Source of the DNA: Phoronis australis
Lineage: Eukaryota; Animalia; Phoronida
Reading direction: 5' to 3'
DNA: 64,000 nt
Assembly (NCBI GenBank): GCA_002633005.1
Contig: NMRA01000326.1
Span: 441,372 to 505,371, forward strand
Under the pieces are notes generated by a model that was given only the letters and a program-made list of their open reading frames with translations, was not told the DNA's origin and ran no database searches. Both the position numbers and the translations under genes were made by a program. Positions 43,034 to 54,700 of this stretch are shown here, in pieces (the stretch's first letter is position 1; the number at the start of each line of letters is the position of its first letter).

Positions 43034-44093
43034 CACATCAATTATCTTTTTGGTCTCTTCCTCCATTAGAGTGTATGTGGTATACTTGGCGGACCGCCCT
43101 GGTGAGTCAGACAAGTTCTCCTTCTCCATGAATTCCGCCACCAACTCGAGATGTTGTGACATGTATGCGTCATTGACAACTGGTATTAAATAGGAATTCT
43201 GAATGTTGTTGAATGTTGTTTTCGAAAAAAAACTTGACTTTTCCAAAGTCCATCATTGTCTTCACCGACTGAAACGTGTTTCCAGTGAAGAGCACACCAC
43301 TGGACATGGTTAAGTGGACCTCCGGCATACCACGGACAGAGGAACAACTGTCCCACTTGCCAGAGTGTCCCGTGACACACTCCCACTGGATGGTGACCTG
43401 AGCACCCAAACTGCTTACATTGTGTCGTGTGACTCCCTCGCCACACACCTGGCACCTTCTAAATAGCTCCAACACTTTAGACAAGTCCACAATAAACTTA
43501 TCAAAGTTTGGCTCACCGATCTGTTCACTGGACGACGAACTGTCCTCTTCACTGGGTGTCGAACTGGGCCTGTAATCACTCCCACTACTCAATATCGCTG
43601 CAGGGCTGCTTAGAGGCTCTGGGCTGGAGAAAACAGCACAGGGCGAATCACTACTGGTTCCAGGAATTGCACGCTCTGGGGTACGTTCGGAGGCACGGGT
43701 GACAGTAGATGAAGTGCCTCCACTGGCTCCAGTCACTGTACTGGCCACAGCTCGCGAGGCTTCTCGCTTCAAAAACGCACTTCTCGGGGGTGGCGACGGG
43801 GCACTGCCGGGAATCAACACAGACGGAATGGCATCCTTCTTCAAGCGTTGTTTCGCGGGGACCTTCATCAGTTCAGCGTACAAATCCCTTTCGTAATCGG
43901 ACGGCAGAAAGTGCTTGCCACACACACGGTAATTCTCCACTGCTTTGTACGTTGTGTGGACGGGTAACGCTGCGTTCTTCACACGAACGAGCCGGCGAAG
44001 TGTGTCATCCATCGGAAAGCGATGCAAAGGCACTCCCAAAGCGCGCGTGAGCCGATAATTACTACATCCCGGTACGCAGCAACAGTGTGGCAT
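43028..44093 (-). pseudogene. THAP-domain Kolobok transposase, N-terminal half, frameshifted near 43230 and truncated
   Basis: ORF 44093-43170 has THAP (C-x4-C...VCGKHF...RLKKDAIPSV), then KFIVDL..CQVC..C..GH..W. The next frame gives FSKTTFNNIQNSYLIPVV..DSPGRSAKYTTYTLM, the motif next to the first catalytic Asp. The rest of the DDE core is deleted. Confidence 0.88.
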
Positions 44094-44888
44094 GTTGACT
44101 GAATAGTAAATGAATGCGAGCGACGACGGAACTTTTAAGTTCCGTCGTTAAAACACAACCGAGGTAGAACAATGACTGACTCGGCAGCTCTCAAAGTCAG
44201 ACTATGTGAAAAGAAATTGGCGGGAAGCGCTTGCCTCCTAAAACGTCACTTCCGGAAAAGCGGACGAATAATTAATAAAATTACGAAAAGCTGTAATTAA
44301 GTGAAAAATATGTCTAGGATAACCAACCAACCTTATTTTAGCTCAAAATGACATGGAAAAAGGTTGCCTTCGCCTTTAATTTGAGCATTAGCCAATAACC
44401 AACTGAAAAATACATTTCTGGTGACGCCAGTACATGTAGGTCATGCAACTACCCCGGGTACCAGAGTAAGGAATCCTTGTCTGATGCACATTTATAAATT
44501 AAACGGTTTTGCCCAAGTTATGAAAGCTTATAGTTAGTCACTTCAGCGCCTTTCCATCTTCAGACAATGCTGCTGCTGTATATTCTCTTCATGATCGTTC
44601 AGACTGAAAACTGTGGTGGTGCTGGGGAAAGCGGGGTGTCATGATGGAGCAACCTAGCCGACATGTGCTTCGTAGTTCGTTAGAATGTGTGCGACTTAAC
44701 GAGAAGCAAGAATGCAATTTCTCGTTTGCATCACTTTTCCATTTAAAGATAAAAAGAAGGGCGAGGCCCTAAATCCAAAGCTGTTTAACGAATCCCATGT
44801 TTCATAATACTATTGAGTCACCAGCAGGTGCTGCACGCGCCAAGATGTTGAACATTATGGCAAGGGGAGAGGGAATTCTCTCTAACGA

Positions 44889-46040
44889 GTGTATAATTAC
44901 GCTGATGACACTGCAATTATGTCCACAGCTGGATCGGTAAAAGAACTCGAAACTTCTCTCAACAATGAGCTAGCCATTATCCATGACTGGCTGATTCAAA
45001 ATAAACTCACTCTTAACGTTAGTAAAACCAAGTCGATGCTGTTTGGAACCCACCAGAAATTAAAACAACAAAAATTATCCCTTTCTATCAACGGTTCTCC
45101 CATCGAGAATGTTGACAAGATTAAGTACTTGGGCCTTACTTTAGATCCCAATCTTAAATTTAATATGCACATAGATCATATCACAACGAAATTATCAAAG
45201 AAAATCGGTGTACTTAAACATCTAGGCAAATTTCTTAATGTCCGTACTCTTAAGACCCTTTACCATTCTATTATTCAGCCTCATATTGATTATTGTTTAC
45301 CGGTTTGGGGGCACACCAGTGACACACTTGTAAGCAAAGTCCAAGTAATCCAAAATAGAGCCGCCAGGGCTATCCTGGGTACTAAAATTAGGGACACTAG
45401 GGTTGACGACTTGTACTCCAAGCTGGGATTTATGAAAGTAAGACAAAGAAATAAATATCTCTCTGCCAGTTGTATATACAGATGTATCAATGGCTTGGCT
45501 CCTGCATATCTCAGCAGTAAATTCAATAGCAGTCAGGCTGTTTATTCTACACGTTCTTCTGTTGCTGGCAATGTTTCTTCTAAAAAAATTAAAACCGAGA
45601 CGGGCAAGAGATCTTTTATCTATGCAGCTGCTATAATATGGAATTCTTTTAGCCCAGAAATTAAACGGTCCAATTCAATTAATACCTTTAAAGTTAATGT
45701 TAAAAAGTGGCTGTAATTTACGTAACCTTTTATACCCTGCCTGTCTTAATCATGTCATTTTTTCTTTGTCGTAAATACTCTCATTGTCTAGAGTCATCTC
45801 TTAATTTATTTCATCTGTCTTAGTTAATTTTTTACCATTATTTGTCATTTAGTTATTGTCTTAATTCCCAACCTTAACTGTTTTAATTGTATCTTTGTTA
45901 CGTATATTTCATTGTTGTTTCATTACTTCATTGTATTATAGTACTGTTTTTCTTGTTGAGGGCCCTCTTGTAAAGCAGTGCTATCACTGAAGAGGCCACC
46001 CTCATTTTAAATATCACAATAATAAATAAAATAAAATAAA
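44889..46040 (+). mobile_element. 5'-truncated LINE (CR1/L2-group) with an uninterrupted RT C-terminal ORF (44889-45716), 3' UTR and (AATAA)n tail
   Basis: YADDT, WLIQNKLTLNVSKTKSMLFG, IKYLGLTLDPNLKFNMHI, LYHSIIQPHIDYCLPVWG and IQNRAARAI. A 3' hairpin gagggccctctt...aagaggccaccctc precedes an AATAA-type tail. Confidence 0.92.
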
Positions 46041-46843
46041 TCACCTTGCTCGACTCTCCCGATACCCGTCTACACAAAAGTCACTTACTCAACAAATAAA
46101 TCACTGTTACCTTATACAAGTGTGTCGGTGAACCCATATTAGAACAGAAAAAAACGTGTGACGAAAATCAAGGGTAGATAGAGAATATTTAAGGATTGCC
46201 TAGAATCATTGTGGTCGTTTGGCCCTATCATAACGTTTAAGTTAAAATCTCTCTCACTGACGTGGACAACTTTTGAGAAGAGGACAAAAATAAAAACGAA
46301 AAACGACCACCTCACTGCTCAAGTATAAAAAATCGTTTACAACCAGTATTATCACAGAATTTTTCTCCCCGCTCGCCATTTTGAAGCAGTGCGTTGTGCA
46401 CAACTTTCAAAGTATCACAACTTCAAAATTGAAACAGTTTGGGTCAGCACTGCACGCCCAGATGTCACAAGTTTTACGTGTGACAGTTTGGGCCTGTACT
46501 GTAGTATGTGCCCAAATTGTAACAACAGCCCAAATTGTCACAATAACGTAAGACGTTGCAGGGAGAATATTCAAGGTATAAAGATAGGTTGTTCCGTAAC
46601 TAGCAGATGAAAGCGCTATTTGGTTTAAAACTGATATGCACGAGAAGTTGCAACGTAGCTCGTGGTATAACCCAAGCAAAATAGATTGCGAAAATTTCAT
46701 ATACACATGTACACATGTTTGTGCCAACCAAATTCATAACATAATTCGTTGAATAAGTGTGACATGAGGCCCGTTTATGCAATATGCCGCACTTTTGCAT
46801 CGGCATGTATTGTAAATAAACGCCACACGCAAATATACACCTG

Positions 46844-47038
46844 GGCCCAGTTGCATAAAAGTTATACGCCTTATAGCAACAATGACGTCGCATTGTCACG
46901 CGTTACGTTGTTATTGTTGAACAATGCACCTGGCCTCATGTAACAATTAAACTTATCAAGCGGATAATTTTGAAGTTTTATGCAACCCAGTCCAGGGCTG
47001 GGTTGCTATACGGCGTATAACTTTTATGCAGCTGGACC
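46844..47038. mobile_element. PIF/Harbinger-like MITE
   Basis: ~35-bp TIRs: ggcccagttgcataaaagttatacgccttatagcaac / gttgctatacggcgtataacttttatgcagctggacc. Confidence 0.7.
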
Positions 47039-48796
47039 TGGGTTGAATGAAAATTTACATCGCGTTCGTATGGGGAAATGAAAAGCAGCATTTGCGCTCA
47101 GTACAAGCCAATAAGACAATCTACCTGTCATGTTGGAGGCAAGTGGAAATGGATGAGTGTAGTATTTGGCAGACGCGCTGTTGGTAACTTAACAGAATTA
47201 CGAAATCACGTGTTTTCCTGTTCTCATTGCAAACATGAAATCAGATCAGTCGCAGCCGATTACGTGATAAGTCATACCGTAGTATGCAAAATTTTCATAA
47301 GGCCATCACCTGAATGATAAATTTGGGATTTCCCAAATGCCGGGGTCTAGTTGTGGTACCAATGGAAGTCGCTTATCAATAACCCAGTCCGAAATATTGT
47401 TCACATTTTGTGTTTCAACAACATGGTTCTAGTATTCGATTAACTTTGTTTGTGATTACTGACACTAATACATTAGTGATATAAAGACAAGATGGCGCTT
47501 TTGGAACTTCAGCGTTTAAAGTGAACAAGAAACTTTTGAACCGAAAAGTTTTATTGTCCTTATGAAGTTGTAAATATGCCTGCTGCACTTAATAGGCACG
47601 GAACTTATACAGTAAAACTGTGGCGTCGGCGGCTGCAGCATCGGCATCAGCAAACCACGTAACATTATGACAACAGAAAACCTTTTGCACGTTTAAAGTG
47701 AAGGTGGTGTTGTTTTAGAAGAGGTGAGATTACAGAAAGAATTTTGTAACGTCACTTTTGGTGGAGTGATTTTGCCTCTACACCGTGTGTAAATTTAAAT
47801 CGCTTTCACACGCACCAGGTGTGTAGTGCAGTTACACATTCAGGTGAAGAGTTACCCCTGAGTATATTTGCGTTTATTTGTCAAAAATATAAACCGTACC
47901 TAAATGTACACTCGGGTGTAAATACACACTCGGGGCTTTAGAGTGCTTTTGACGCTTTGATCAAATAATTTTTTTGAGTGTGGGGCAGACTGCGAACATA
48001 AATGTCAGGCTCAATTTGTCTTCAGCGCAGTGATCTTGATTTGTGACAAAATGTAAAAAATAACATTACACATGATAGTCCAAGCAGAATCGTGAATATC
48101 TCATTCAGACATATTTACTTGTAATACAGTAATAATATGCCGCTTTAGAACGATGCATTGTCTATCGTTCAAAAAGTCAAAAGGTCGAAAGCAACGCTAG
48201 GGGTAAGAATTGTAGATGATTTAACAAGTTGTAGCGTCCCGATTTCCCCAGAAATAAAAAAGGTTAGACGGATTTTTTAAAGCTTTTTTCGAAAACATTT
48301 ACAGAAAAATTGCTCACAGCTGCCAATAAAAAGATTATAGATTGGGTTTATTGTCGGTCACGAGGGCAGCACACAATGAAAGTGAGGACAGTGTGTTCTG
48401 ATAAGAAACTAATCCATCCTAATTGTTGCAGTGCCTGACCCGAACACAATAAGCGGCTTATGATATCTAATGTTAGTATTCCACTAACAATATGGTGCGA
48501 GCGTGAGTGAAGGCTGTTGGTGACAGATCTGAGGCGATAGACTACATCACGGTAGTAGAAACTTTGACAGTTACGAAGGTCTGAATGTGTCGAGCATTGG
48601 CATACAGCAGACAGCATTCACTATTAGGTAGAATACTGACAGATAGTACCGTGGAGAGATATTGACAGACTTTACTGTGGAGCTATCGTAGCGTTGGGGC
48701 GTTGTGGAGAGATATTGGCTAACAGTACTGAAGAGATATCTTAGCAGTGAGACGATACTGCGGAGAGTCATAAGCACCGAGACGATATTGCGGAGG

Positions 48797-51700
48797 ATGT
48801 GCGAGGAGACAAAAGACGTCAAAGTGTGCGTCATTGGGGTAAGATTAGATCAACATAGGCTAGTGTTCCACATTTTATTTTCACATGGCCTGCCAATAAA
48901 AGTCAGAGATTTTTCTTTTGACACTTTTTATGTTCGACTATTTGGTAATGCGATTGGCTCATAACTAGTTTACATGAAACTGAAAATGCCGCCACCGTCA
49001 TTGCTGAATATTTCTTCTTCAAGGCTTTTGTATTTTAAAACCAAAATAATTAGAAATAGGGTCAGAATACCCGTTAATTGGCAAATGTAAAGGTTTTGCT
49101 GCATTAGTTTTAAAGACAAAACTTCAGACCCTCCGGTGCAACGAAATCTTTGAAAATTGCAACAGAACAAGGTAACATCATAGAACTAGAACTGGAATGC
49201 CATGTGACGCGATCTGGCGCGATGAAGTTGCACCGCGCATGCTTGGGATTTCTTTACATTCCAGTGCTCAACGATTAGCTTAACAGCAAGTCGCATTTGG
49301 GGACTTTGGAAAAATCCCAGATCGCCAAAAAATCTGAGGTCCCCAATCGAAATAATCGACTAAAATGATGAAAAAAAATGCACCATTCAATAACTAATCC
49401 AATTGCTGGAGCGCGTGTTTCACAGATATTGCCCGATTTTTGCCGAACAATTCCGACTTCCCTCTGTTTACCACCTTTTGTAATTTAAGCACGTTTCATG
49501 TATGCTGACTGCTGAGAGTGGCAAATGCGCTGACTTCACGAAATAAACGGGGAAATTGTGAACCAAAGGTGCTAAATCTTGAGAAAGTGTTAGTAATTTA
49601 AAGTTTGAAAGTCACCACAAACTTTGAAACGAATCTCTCGGAATTACTGTCTGACTTGGATGCTCGCTGTGGCGGCTTCATGGCTTCTTGGGATTTTTCC
49701 AGGCCGCCAAAGACAATATGAGGTAGCATTGACCTGCAAGTCACCAAATCGGGCACTGCATTCGTTTATTGCAGTGTTGTTTCTTGCTTTGGAACATAGG
49801 GATTAGGATGGACTTCTTTCGAGCAAATTACATTTTCATGGATATATTTGGGATGTTTTGCGGTCTAATGGCTACAAACATTTTCAAACGGAGGTTCATC
49901 TGCTTGTGATATGGTGATTCGGGAAGCCGACCGTGGGTACTCTCGCTGCCTAGCTGTAGGACGTAGCGCGATGTCATCTAGATGAATGATAATCGTTTCG
50001 AAAGTTTCCAATTTCCTTTGAATATATACATGTACACGTAGCCACTGAAGTACCGCCTGAACTCTGATAAGATACCAAAACCGTGTACCTAGGACAAATG
50101 ATAACGAATATATACTTTATCACGAGGTCTCCTGGGGAGAAGTGTCACCTCCTTATTGTCGTTTTAAAAAACACATAGCAAATCTGCCTGTCCCAATGTT
50201 CCCCGGCCGCCCCAGTCTTTTCCCGTTCGGGAGAAGATTGGGGCGGGGGAAGGTTCCGACGGGGGAACATTGCGGAAGGGGAAGATTGGGACAGGGGAAG
50301 ATTGGGACGGGGAAACATTGGGAGGGCCGGGGAGCATTGTGACAGGGGAACATTGGGACGGGGGGGAACATTGGGGCAGGGGAACATTGGGACAGTGGGA
50401 CATTGGGAAAGTGGAACATTGGGATGGGAAAACGTTGCGAAATGGGAAGATTGGGACGGGGCAAGATTGGGACGGNAACTCAAGATAAGTGTCTATTATT
50501 CTATGCTCGAGTACACAATAACTTACGTAGATAATTTATTGCCCTTAGTTCGAAGTTTGTAAACCCAATATTAAAGCAATAAGTTCGAGTTTGAACTCGA
50601 AATTTCGAGTTTTTACTCGAGTTTGTAGCACGAATATAAGGGTCTTCAAGGGCAAACTTGAACTAGAAACTCCTTTGCATAAACTATAATATATTCGAGC
50701 ACAGTGTGGTAACCAATTATCTTAAGTTCGCACAAAAGGAGCAGAGAAATTGCCAAAAATAGTTTCGAGTTCGTTTCGAGTACAAAGATTAGAGACCGGG
50801 CCCAGGTCGAGAAAACGCCGTCAGTGCGACTGGAGCAGTGCCTGTACTGTTACCAGCCAGCAAACGGGGATAAAATAATCGACAGCGCGCCTTAATTTTA
50901 ATAAAATCAAACTATGGACAATTTTATCGAATTTGCTGAAGAAATGTGGCCAAAAAATTTTGACAGAAATTATTTTGCCAGACTCGGGACCGCAGCCTAT
51001 CGGACCCGGTGCGGATCGAGACCAGACACTGGCGAACGATAAATGCATGCGATTGCAAGCTGTTTTGTCGAAGTAAAATGGTCAAATCATAAATGCTGCA
51101 TATATTCAAGGTTAGTTTCAGACACTTGCATAGAATTACGGGCTGGTTAGTCCTGTGTCACAGTGTCGCGGCAGACCTTAGTTAGCCTCAGTCACCAGTT
51201 ACCAGTGAAGACTATCGTCAAAACACAGCTTGTTAGTGAGGCCTATACAGCTTTGCGCCAACGTTACCCTTAGGCCTAACTAGTGATCGCTGGACACAGC
51301 GCTCGCTCAAACGTGGTTTATTTAGAACTTGGGTACTCATCTGGCGAACTGTGCAAAGTTGTTGGCTTTCAATAGAGATTTTCCCAGTTTTGTATGAGCG
51401 CACCAAGCCTAAAAGAAAAATATGAATCATTTTGTGACACCGAATCAAGTCTTGAGCAGCAGTTGACAGACAAACAAAAAACCATTTCAAAATTATTTCA
51501 ACTATTTTTTTAGTGTAAGATCACCTGAATGGGAAATTTACAGTAAAATAATTCGAATACATCTTATATTTTTGCACAAAAACATGAAAATTGAACAAAG
51601 TTTCTTTTTTGTAGCAACGTTTGTCAAAATGTATCAACGTTAAATCTTCACAAATTACAAAGTAGCCGACTGAACATGCCTTTCAGTTCAGCAAAAGTCG

Positions 51701-54700
51701 CCATGTTGTCGGTGCCGCCAGAAAAGAGACGAAGTCCAACGGGAATTGTGAGCACATTTATCACTTAATGAGTAACAACTGCGAGGCTGAAATTTGGTGA
51801 ACACTGCTAAATCGTGCAGAATAGTAAGTAAAGATATGTCTAACTAAATTTCACCGTAATTTGTAGGCAAAAACAATTTACACAAAGTTTTAAGCTCGTA
51901 ACTTATCCCGCTGTCCCCAATATGGCCGACGAGATCCAACCCAGTGACCCAAATTTCGCCACAAAACTTGCAATAACTTTACACTGCTTGCCCCGATTTT
52001 GATACTTTTTCGATTTTTACTGAGTAGAATGCACTACCTTTCCGATGATAGCAAAGTACTTTTTCAAAATGAGAAAAAAAATAAAACCGAAAAAATAGGT
52101 TCGACCCATATTGGTTCCTAGGTTCGACCGGCCTACGTAAGGAACTAAACACCAATGCTATTTTAACATACTAAATACGCGTAACATTCCAAAAACATCA
52201 ACGACCACTAACTACAAACTATAAATACATTACATATGCAAACGAATCACGAGATATTACGAACAAAACAAAATAATGAAGACTTTTCGAGCAAGCGATA
52301 GCACATTCAGTTACAAGGAAAAATGGCGGCTTTCAGGACAAGTTCCTGAACTGATGAGCCGGAAATGTGAGTACGGAAATAACCGATGACAACCGGTAAT
52401 CATACGCTCAGAGAGAAAGGTCAAATACTGTTCAAAATCGCTTTTGGCAAGAAAGGCGAAAAGAATATAAAGAAAGGGTGTCGAAAATAAGATTTTATGT
52501 AGTAAGTATTTTCGGATACTGGAACCACATGGGCAGTTTGAGAGAAGGATTTCAAAGAAATAGAGGCCTAGCGATAAAGAGGATGTATCTCTTAAAATAA
52601 CAAGTGGATGGCGATAACCACGATTGATAATACGTGAATGGTGCGGAGTTATTTAGACACGCCTGTTTTAGATTTCTCAGGGAGTTAGCTGTAATCTCTC
52701 AGATCACGGCTTCGCTAGTCCACCGTTGCCTAGGTGATCGGTGATATTAGGAATTTAGTTGCAATAAGTTAAAAACTTGTAAGTTCTTTGTTTCAAGGGC
52801 TAACTAACGGTTTAAACACTGATCCTAGGGTGGGCTTAATGAAAACGTGGCCAACCTTGCAGTGTACCGGATTCAAAGCGACAACATCGGCATCATGTAG
52901 TAATGCACTCCAGTATTGACATGCACACGAGGCTCTCCTGAATATGCTTGAGGACGACATATACAATCTTTTGATAATCCATTCTACAACTTTCGAAAAA
53001 TGTGTTTTTAACAGGCCTTACCTCCAGCCCACATGGGAAACGCGCGTGGATTGGCTTAATTACCAGTTTTAGCTAGATGGTGGGCGAAGCCGTCGACTTT
53101 TTTGTCACTTCATTGGCTACAATTCAGCTAGATAAAGGCCAAAAGAAAATTCGCAAACGAAGTTGTTTTAAGAAAAAGAAGTAAAAATTTTGGCCTCTGC
53201 TCTGTTCTATCAGAATCTGGATGTCCGCCGTGTGGGAGCACTTCCGTGTTCAGCAATATGTTTTCAGAGCACTTCCTTGTTCAGCATGATGTGTTCAGAA
53301 CACTTCCTTGTTCAGCAATATGTTTTTGCTGCAAATACAGACAAACTTCAGACGCATAAAAATGCAACGAAATAGTAAATACTGACATATATCAAGATAT
53401 ACTTCTGGAATGTACAGTGCAAGAGCGCATTTTTGTTGCGATTGTGGGGAAAAGAACGCCAAATTTTTTTTGCTCTTCAATTTTCCGCTGGTCATAGTAA
53501 AGCAAAAGACACGATATTGTTGAATTTCTTCATTGTTTGCTTTCTGTAAGCTATTTTCAGGTGAAAGTGAAAGTACTCACGATACCTTTTTAAAGCTCAT
53601 TTAACTCGGAGCCCACCGATTATCATCAGTCCTGTAATCGTCCGCCGATCTCACACGTCAAAATATTTCTTGTCATCTTTTAATTGTCAAATATTTGTTA
53701 ATTGCGCTTTGTCCGTCCAAACCCTCGCATTCCTTTTGTCCTTTCCTTACTTGTTGTTATTATTATATTCCTCTCGGCTGCCGTTGAGAAAAACGGGCGT
53801 GCGTTCAGTAACGCTAGGACCTTCGTTACGGCGTAGCTAAAATCTAGCCGAAGTCACGTGCTCTCATTTAAAATACACGGCAAGATCTCACGTAGTCTCG
53901 CTTTTTAGCTAGGACCTAGCGTTACTGAACGGGATGCTGGTCTCTATTGTGAAGTCAACACTCATATGTTAATGTTTGTAGAGCCAGTTTCAAAACCAAA
54001 CTTATGACGGTTGACAGCATGAATTATCGGTTCAACGTCTGGGACACAGCTGGGCAAGAACGGGTAACTAGTTCGAATCATTCAAAGACTTGACGGGTAG
54101 GAAAACTCAGCTTTGACGGTGACGTGTTATTTGTACTGCTCTTTGTGGAAAGTTAAATCAAACCGCGCTTTGAAGTTTGTATATTGTGAAAAACAATTCC
54201 CCAGTCGTGATGCTAGTTTTACCTGAACTCTATTATAATGTATATTAATGAGACATAGAAAACAAAACAGTTGGCGTTCGAACAAAAATCATGTTTTCAA
54301 GGACTATTGCTAGTGAGAAAGGTGATTTTCTAAGATTAGCATCCGCGCGGAATCGACCCTACACTCGTGAGGTAATAATTTGGCGCTCTTCCAACTTCGT
54401 ATCGGTTTTACGGCAAGACAACGCGTATTTGGGTCCTGTGTTGTCTAATTTGATCAACGAAGAATTTGAGAACAATCTCGTTATGGTAGTAAATCTAAAG
54501 TTAAGTTTTGCAAAAAAGAGCGGCATTGCCGGCGCTTTAATTATGTTTCTTTCCTCAATTTCTTAAAAATTAAGATAAAAAAGATAGGTAATACTTTACA
54601 TGATTTTTGTAATCTATGTTTGATGCAGTATAAGTACTCCTTTTTGATGACCAAGTCCTTCAAATGTGAACGGAGGGCTTGCCCATATATTTCACCGGTA

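Larger units (their letters stand above)
42424..44375 (-). mobile_element. Kolobok-type DNA transposon, internally deleted copy C with both TIRs and TTAA TSD intact (1952 bp)
   Basis: Ends read TTAA(42420-42423)|AGGCGAAGGCAACC ... GGTTGCCTTCGCCT|TTAA(44376-44379). The ~158-bp TIRs (42424-42581, 44218-44375) are near-perfect. THAP-transposase (-) and KolX-like (+) ORFs converge. TTAA TSD, RR..YY termini, THAP and a second convergent ORF match the Kolobok superfamily. Confidence 0.92.

Noticed and set aside
43170-44093. Host THAP-domain transcription factor gene
   Set aside because: It lies between TIRs with a TTAA TSD, lacks the conserved THAP Trp, and continues through a frameshift into transposase motifs.
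42420-44379. piggyBac assignment based on the TTAA TSD
   Set aside because: The termini are AGG..CCT rather than CC..GG, and a THAP ORF plus a convergent second ORF fits Kolobok.
50142-50562. Gly/Pro-rich ORFs on both strands
   Set aside because: Products of the G-rich short-period repeat.
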